This document shows positions 58,658 to 64,000 of a stretch of 64,000 bases of DNA, piece after piece. Origin of the DNA: Alphaproteobacteria bacterium (GTDB taxonomy: Bacteria; Pseudomonadota; Alphaproteobacteria; UBA828); assembly GCA_963667785.2 (NCBI GenBank), contig CAXXMU010000002.1, positions 640,001-704,000 on the forward strand, in the 5' to 3' direction. Position 1 is the first letter of the stretch. Each line of letters begins with the position of its first letter. Below the pieces are notes generated by a model that searched no databases, was not told the DNA's origin, and saw only the letters and a list, made by a program, of their open reading frames with translations. Position numbers and translations under genes: made by a program.

Positions 58658-61177
58658 ATGGCGGTTCCGGGCGAGATGGAGGCGGGCGGGCGGCTGCTGG
58701 CGGAGCTTCCGGACGACACCGACGACGCGCACTTCGTGCCGGCGCCGTGCCAGATCGCCTGCCCGGTGGGAACGGACGCGCCCTCCTATATCGCCTACAT
58801 CTGGGAACGGAAGTTCGCCGAGGCCTTCGAGGCGATCACGGCGACGAACCCGTTCAGCTCGATCTGCGGGCGGGTGTGCGATGCGCCGTGCGAGCCGGCG
58901 TGCCGGCGCACCGATTCCGACGGGCCGGTGCAGATCCGCAACCTGAAGCGCTTCGTCATGGACGAGGTGGGCCATGCCTACGACCCGCCGGCGGTGCCGG
59001 TGCGGCACGAGCAGAGCGTGGCGGTGGTGGGCTCGGGCCCGGCGGGGCTGACGGCGGCGCACGACCTCTCGGTGGCGGGCTACGCGGTGCACGTCTACGA
59101 GATGACGGACCGCCTCGGCGGCATGATGATCTGGGGAATCCCGGCATTCCGCCTGCCGCCGGGGATCATCCAGGAGGATATCGACCGCATGGCCCGGCGC
59201 TGCCCGGGGATGGAGGTGCATCTGAACACCGCGCTGGGGCGCGATGTGACGCTGGACGATCTCAAGGCTCGGCACGACGCGGTGGTGCTCGCCATCGGCG
59301 CGTGGTGGGGCAAGAAGATGGGGATCGCGGGCGAGGACGACCCAAGGGTGATCGACGGCGTGCAGTTTCTGCGCGACGTGAACGAGGGCGCGCGCCCCGA
59401 GATGCCGGAGACGGTGGTGGTGATCGGCGGCGGCGACGTTTCGATGGATGCCTGCCGGGTGGCGAAGCGCCTACCCGGCTGCCGCCACGTGAAGGTGATC
59501 TACCGGCGGGGGCCGGCGGAGATTCCGGCCCGCAAGATCGAGCTCGAAGGCGCGATCGAGGAGGGGATCGAGTTCGTCTACCACACCCAGCAGACGGCGA
59601 TCGTGCCGCAGGGCAACGGGCTCGCGGTGCGGTGCGTGACGACGACGCTGGGGGACCCGGACGAATCGGGCCGGCGCGCGCCGGTGAACGTGCCGGGCAC
59701 GGAGCACGACATTGCCTGCGGCATGGTGATCGCGGCGGTGGGCCAGGAGGGTCTCTGCGAGGACCTGGAGCGGCGCGGCATGATGGAGCCGGACCGGGTG
59801 CGGACCGCGTGGGAAGGCATGCGCACCAGCGATCCGCAGGTGTTCGCGGCCGGCGACGGGGCCTTCGGAGGCTCCACCATCGTCATGGCGATGAACCACG
59901 GCCAGCGCGTGGCCTACTACGTGAAGGCCTATCTGGAGGGGCGCGCGGAGCCGCTGCCCTACCGCACGCCCTACCGCACGCGGCGGGTGCCGGTGGCGCA
60001 GGACCTGGAGTGGGAGCTGCTGCCGGTGCAGCACCCGGACTTCCTCGGCCTCGGCGCGGACCCGGTGTCGTTCCCGGAGATCGAGACCACCTATGGCTGG
60101 GAGGCGGCGCGCAAGGAGGCGGCGCGGTGCTACCGCTGCGACGCGGAGACGGGCTCTGCCGACTACGCGGTGGGGCACCGGGAGGACATCTTCGTGATGG
60201 CGCGCACCGGGCCGGACGACACGGTGCGCCAGAAGGCGATGCTGGACAAGCGCATGGGCGAGCGCGACGACCCCTTCCCGGACGCGCTTCCGGGGGTGCT
60301 GGACGATCTCGCCTTCCTGCCGGCCAACCTCTCGCGGCTGGTGATCGACCCCTACCGCGAGGCCTGCCGCATCGGTACCACCGTGGGCGCGGTTGACCTG
60401 GCACTGCCCTTCCTGGTGACGGGCTTCGACGATGCACCGGACGAGGTGCGGGCCGCGGTGGCGCGAGGGATCGCGGAGGCGGACGCGAGCTATCTTGGGG
60501 TCAGGCCCGTCGGCACCGGCACCCGCTGGCTCCAGCTCGTGCTGCCGGGGCAGCTTGCGCCGAGCGCGGACGCGGCCGGGCTGATCCATGCGCTGGGCCA
60601 CCGCTTCCAGCCGGTGGAGGCGGCGAGGGCGGCGCCGGGCCAGGTGCTGGGGCTTGCCGTCTCCTCGCCCACGCTGCTGGAGGACGCGATCCCCTACGCC
60701 CTCGATCAGGGCTTCAACATGCTGCTGCTGGACGGCAGCGCCAGCCTCGGCGCGCCCTGGGCGGAGCTCGGCGGCGCGCCGGACCTCACCATCCTGCGCG
60801 ATGCGGTGGCGATCCTGCGCCGGCTGGACCGCGAGGAGGAGATCGACCTCGTCTACTTTGGCGGCGTGCGCTCCGGCACCGATGCGGCGAAGGTGATCGC
60901 TTTGGGCGCGGTCGCCGTGGTCCTCGGCGTCGCCGTGGGACTGGCTGCCGGCGGCGCTATCACCGGCACCCGCGAGCTCGCCTTCGAGGCCGACCGCAGC
61001 GACGAGGACCGCGCGCTCGGCACCGTCAACATCCTCAAGGCTACAGCCTCCGAAGCCTCCATGATGGCGCGCTGCACCGGCAAGACGAACCTCCAGAACG
61101 TCGAGCCCGAAGACCTGCGCGCTCTTACCGTCGCAACCGCAACCGCAACCGGTATCCCCCTCGCAGGCACAAAGTAG
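58658..61177 (+). CDS. GltD-like Fe-S/FAD NAD(P)H oxidoreductase fused to a degenerate glutamate-synthase FMN-barrel domain
   Basis: 'PCQIACP', 'CGRVCDAPCEPAC', GSGPAG, 'GIPAFRLP', GGGDVSMD, 'AAGD', 'ARCYRC'; C-terminal third has 'LDDLAFLPANLSR..DPYREAC' and 'GGVRSGTDAAKVIALGA'. Confidence 0.85.
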   Translation: MAVPGEMEAGGRLLAELPDDTDDAHFVPAPCQIACPVGTDAPSYIAYIWERKFAEAFEAITATNPFSSICGRVCDAPCEPACRRTDSDGPVQIRNLKRFVMDEVGHAYDPPAVPVRHEQSVAVVGSGPAGLTAAHDLSVAGYAVHVYEMTDRLGGMMIWGIPAFRLPPGIIQEDIDRMARRCPGMEVHLNTALGRDVTLDDLKARHDAVVLAIGAWWGKKMGIAGEDDPRVIDGVQFLRDVNEGARPEMPETVVVIGGGDVSMDACRVAKRLPGCRHVKVIYRRGPAEIPARKIELEGAIEEGIEFVYHTQQTAIVPQGNGLAVRCVTTTLGDPDESGRRAPVNVPGTEHDIACGMVIAAVGQEGLCEDLERRGMMEPDRVRTAWEGMRTSDPQVFAAGDGAFGGSTIVMAMNHGQRVAYYVKAYLEGRAEPLPYRTPYRTRRVPVAQDLEWELLPVQHPDFLGLGADPVSFPEIETTYGWEAARKEAARCYRCDAETGSADYAVGHREDIFVMARTGPDDTVRQKAMLDKRMGERDDPFPDALPGVLDDLAFLPANLSRLVIDPYREACRIGTTVGAVDLALPFLVTGFDDAPDEVRAAVARGIAEADASYLGVRPVGTGTRWLQLVLPGQLAPSADAAGLIHALGHRFQPVEAARAAPGQVLGLAVSSPTLLEDAIPYALDQGFNMLLLDGSASLGAPWAELGGAPDLTILRDAVAILRRLDREEEIDLVYFGGVRSGTDAAKVIALGAVAVVLGVAVGLAAGGAITGTRELAFEADRSDEDRALGTVNILKATASEASMMARCTGKTNLQNVEPEDLRALTVATATATGIPLAGTK

Positions 61178-61199
61178 GGGGGCGGGGAGGCACGATCCG

Positions 61200-61589
61200 A
61201 TGGGACGCATCGTCGTCGAGACGCGGATCACCAACCTCTTCGACGAGGACAAGTCCATCCGCTGCGGAATGCTCGTCGATACCGGAGCCGGCGCGCTGAT
61301 CCTGCCGGCGGCGTGGAAGGAACGGCTCGGGGAATTCAAGCGATCCGAGGCGGTCTCGCTTCAGCTTGCCAACCAAGACGTTCTCGAAGGGGAAGCATGT
61401 TGGCCCGTCGAAATCGAGATCGACGGGTTCCGCCCGGTGTCCAACGAAGTGATCTTCGTGAAGATGGAGGGTGAGGACGACGACGGTTACGAGCCGCTGC
61501 TCGGCACTGTCATCCTGGAACAGGCGCAGGCTGCGGTTGACCTCGTGGCGCATCGCCCGGTGCCCGTCAGGTACATCGACATGAAGTAG
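61200..61589 (+). CDS. Small clan AA (retropepsin-like) aspartic protease
   Basis: 'LVDTGA' catalytic motif, 'LAN' flap, 'PLLG..ILE'; lower GC than neighbours. Confidence 0.72.
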   Translation: MGRIVVETRITNLFDEDKSIRCGMLVDTGAGALILPAAWKERLGEFKRSEAVSLQLANQDVLEGEACWPVEIEIDGFRPVSNEVIFVKMEGEDDDGYEPLLGTVILEQAQAAVDLVAHRPVPVRYIDMK

Positions 61590-61593
61590 AGCC

Positions 61594-62883
61594 ATGCGCG
61601 TCCACCTCAACTACGGCCGGGGCATGCGGGCGGTCGATCTGCCGGATACGCTGGACCTCACCCTGATCGAGAAGCAGGCGATGCCGCCGCTCGCCCAGCC
61701 TGCTCTGGCCATGGAGGATGCGCTTGCCCGGCCCGTAGGCTGCCCGCCGCTCGCCGACGAGGCAGCGCAGGCGCGGCGCGTCTGCATCCTCATCTGCGAC
61801 TTCACCCGGCCGGTGCCCAACGGCACGATCCTGCCGCCTCTCGTCCGCACCCTGCTCGCCGCCGGGGTCGAGCCGGCGCGGATCACGGTGCTGGTGGCGA
61901 CCGGGCTGCACCGCCCCAACGAGGGCGAGGAGCTCGCCGCCCTGGTGGGCGATCCCTGGGTGTTGGAGACGGTGGAGGTGGCGAACCACTTCGCCCGGAA
62001 CGACGAGGACCACGTGCTGCTCGGCACCACCCGGCGCGGCACGGTCGTGCAGCTCGACCGGCGTTTCGTGGACGCCGACCTGCGCATCGCGACGGGCCTG
62101 GTGGAGCCGCACTTCATGGCCGGCTGGTCCGGCGGGCGCAAGGTGATCGCGCCCGGCGTCGCCCACGCGGAGACCATCACCACCTTCCACAGCGCGCGCT
62201 TCATGGAGCATCCCAACTGCACCAACTGCGTGCTGGAGGGGAACCCGCTGCACGAGGAGCAGCTCGAGATCATGGCGATGCTCGGCGGCGCCCGGGCGGT
62301 GAACAGCGTCATCGACGACGAGCGCCGCGTCGCCTTCCTCAACTACGGCGAGGTCGTGGCGAGCCACGAGGCGGCGGTGCGCTTCGCCGCACGCTACGCC
62401 ACGGTGCCTGTCGCCGAGCGCTTCAGCACAGTGCTGACGAGCGCCGCCGGCTACCCCCTCGACGCCACCTACTACCAGACGGTCAAGGGCATGGTCGGGC
62501 CGCTGGAGATCCTGGAGCCGGGCGGCGACCTCATCGTCGCATCGGCCTGTTCAGAAGGGCTGGGCTCGGCTCACTACGCCGACGCCCAGCGCCGCCTGGT
62601 GGAGCAGGGACCCGAGCGCTTCCTCGACGAGATCAGCGGCAAGACCCATGCCGCGATCGACGAGTGGCAGACCGAGATGCAGCTCCGCCCGATGCGGGCC
62701 GGCACCGTCCACCTCTTCACCGAGGGCCTCGCGCCGGAGGAGCGCGCGCTCACCGGGGTCCGGATGACCGAGTCGCTCGCTGGGGCCGTGGCCGACAGCG
62801 TCGCCCGGCACCGCGACAACCGCATCGCCGTGATCCCCGAGGGGCCCTACCTGGTGCCCGTCCACCGCCCCGACGCCGCGTAG
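61594..62883 (+). CDS. larA: Nickel-pincer-dependent lactate racemase LarA family protein
   Basis: 'DFTRPVP', 'ATGLHRP', 'NH', 'EPHFMAGWSGGRK', 'GYPLDATYYQTVKG', 'CSEGLG'. Confidence 0.88.
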   Translation: MRVHLNYGRGMRAVDLPDTLDLTLIEKQAMPPLAQPALAMEDALARPVGCPPLADEAAQARRVCILICDFTRPVPNGTILPPLVRTLLAAGVEPARITVLVATGLHRPNEGEELAALVGDPWVLETVEVANHFARNDEDHVLLGTTRRGTVVQLDRRFVDADLRIATGLVEPHFMAGWSGGRKVIAPGVAHAETITTFHSARFMEHPNCTNCVLEGNPLHEEQLEIMAMLGGARAVNSVIDDERRVAFLNYGEVVASHEAAVRFAARYATVPVAERFSTVLTSAAGYPLDATYYQTVKGMVGPLEILEPGGDLIVASACSEGLGSAHYADAQRRLVEQGPERFLDEISGKTHAAIDEWQTEMQLRPMRAGTVHLFTEGLAPEERALTGVRMTESLAGAVADSVARHRDNRIAVIPEGPYLVPVHRPDAA

Positions 62884-62892
62884 TGGTACTCA

Positions 62893-62910
62893 CACCCCCT
62901 ACTGGGGGTG
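62893..62910. terminator. Hairpin between convergent genes (possible terminator)
   Basis: caccccc-tact-gggggtg, 7-bp stem 10 nt after the larA stop; no U-tract. Confidence 0.3.
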
Positions 62911-62986
62911 ATCGGCGCGCACAGTTAGCCCCACTGGGAGGCTCGGCGACGAGGCGGTCTGGTGTCCACCTGGGTTCACCCCCCAT

Positions 62987-64000
62987 TCACCATCGTGCCC
63001 TCAGGGTGAAACCGATCCGGTGCTCGGGCTCGCGGTCTTCGTTCGCGCTTTCGTGCAGCGTGCCTTCGAGGCCGAGATCGAGCGAGGCGCGGCCGTGACG
63101 CGCGAGTCCGAGGCCCCAGCCCAATCGGTACTCGCGGCCCACATCGGTGAGCCCGAGCCCGATCTCGGGTGTGCCGATGAACCGGCCACCCGGCACGGGC
63201 AGCCCGTAGCCCAGCGTCACCTCGAAGCGGCGAGCGGAATCCGCTCCGTTGTCGTTCGCGGCGAGGCCCGCAAGCGTCTCCCGGGAGAGCAGCGCATCCA
63301 TGCCGCCGCTCGGCGACGCCCCGATCGTCTGGCGCACGGTGAGCGACGGGCCGAGCCCGGAGGCCGGCGTCGGGTTCCAGACGAGCGAGCCGGCGAAGCC
63401 GCGCTCCCGAAGATGCCCGTCCGCGTGGGTCAGCAGCCCGCGCCCCCGGACCTCCGCCCTGAGGCCCCGCGCCGGCTCCTCCCAGACGATCGCGGCGCCG
63501 GTGTCGGCCCCCAGACCGGTCTCGGCATCGCCGCCGTCGAGGCGCAGCCCGATTTCGACGCTTGGCGTCAGCAGCGCGCCTCCCTTCAGCGGGAGCGGCC
63601 GCGATCCCTCGATGCCCAGACGCAGGCGGGTCACGTCCGCCGTCGAGGACGTCAGGCCCGCAATACTCTCGGAGCCGGTTCGCACGATCATCCCGTCGGC
63701 GGTCAACGCGACGGTGGCACCGCCGTCGCCGCCGTCGCGGACGACGCCTCTGACACCCGCGGCCGCCATCGCGAGATCGATATCGGCGTCGAGCGACGCG
63801 CTGCCCTCCGGCTTGAGCGCGAGCGTGCCGGCGCCGTAGCCCGAGACGCCCCACAGGGACACGCGCTCGTTCAGCGCGAGGCGGCCGTAGGGATAGACCC
63901 CGGTCAGGGTCGAGGAGACCTCGCCGCCGCCCGACTCCGCCTGGAAGCCGCCCTCGCCGCGGGAATGAGCGATCAAGACCCCCGCGGTCCCGGCCCCTTG
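62987..64000 (-). CDS. Autotransporter-type outer-membrane beta-barrel, C-terminal part of a larger surface protein (5'-truncated by the window)
   Basis: Amphipathic beta-strands ('LTGVYPYG','LWGVSGYGAG','LTPSVEIGLRLDGGDAETG'), terminal aromatic residue (LRARW); frame open to the window end. Confidence 0.78.
   Translation of the reverse strand, partial: QGAGTAGVLIAHSRGEGGFQAESGGGEVSSTLTGVYPYGRLALNERVSLWGVSGYGAGTLALKPEGSASLDADIDLAMAAAGVRGVVRDGGDGGATVALTADGMIVRTGSESIAGLTSSTADVTRLRLGIEGSRPLPLKGGALLTPSVEIGLRLDGGDAETGLGADTGAAIVWEEPARGLRAEVRGRGLLTHADGHLRERGFAGSLVWNPTPASGLGPSLTVRQTIGASPSGGMDALLSRETLAGLAANDNGADSARRFEVTLGYGLPVPGGRFIGTPEIGLGLTDVGREYRLGWGLGLARHGRASLDLGLEGTLHESANEDREPEHRIGFTLRARW

Overview
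GC-rich chromosomal window from an alphaproteobacterium, probably Rhodospirillales-like; this is inferred from the ntrY-ntrX-trkA-dat-HAD-hfq-hflX block, a CIRCE-controlled groESL and alphaproteobacterial palindromic repeats. It holds about 57 CDS. Most are small-molecule catabolic enzymes: two hydantoinase/oxoprolinase loci, PhyH/TauD dioxygenases, three LLM oxidoreductases, a PPOX/F420-type protein, an amidase and an Urt-like ABC transporter. Housekeeping genes include glnS and mgtE, and a truncated autotransporter lies at the right end. The most unusual element is a three-gene, domain-shuffled glutamate-synthase-like system at 55758-61177: a GATase, a GXGXG+FMN-barrel fusion, and a GltD-like flavoprotein fused to a degenerate second barrel. 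It is followed by a small aspartic protease and larA and lies divergent from an amide-type uptake/catabolism operon. Also notable are a ~200-bp non-coding element present twice in inverted orientation with ~10-bp-phased GGGAT boxes, several families of REP-like palindromes, about 10 single-base frameshifts confined to 36.5-43 kb (probably assembly errors), an apparent ACG start codon, and an orphan Phd antitoxin. No tRNA, rRNA, CRISPR array, transposase or integrase was recognised. All product calls come from motif reading only; no database search was run.
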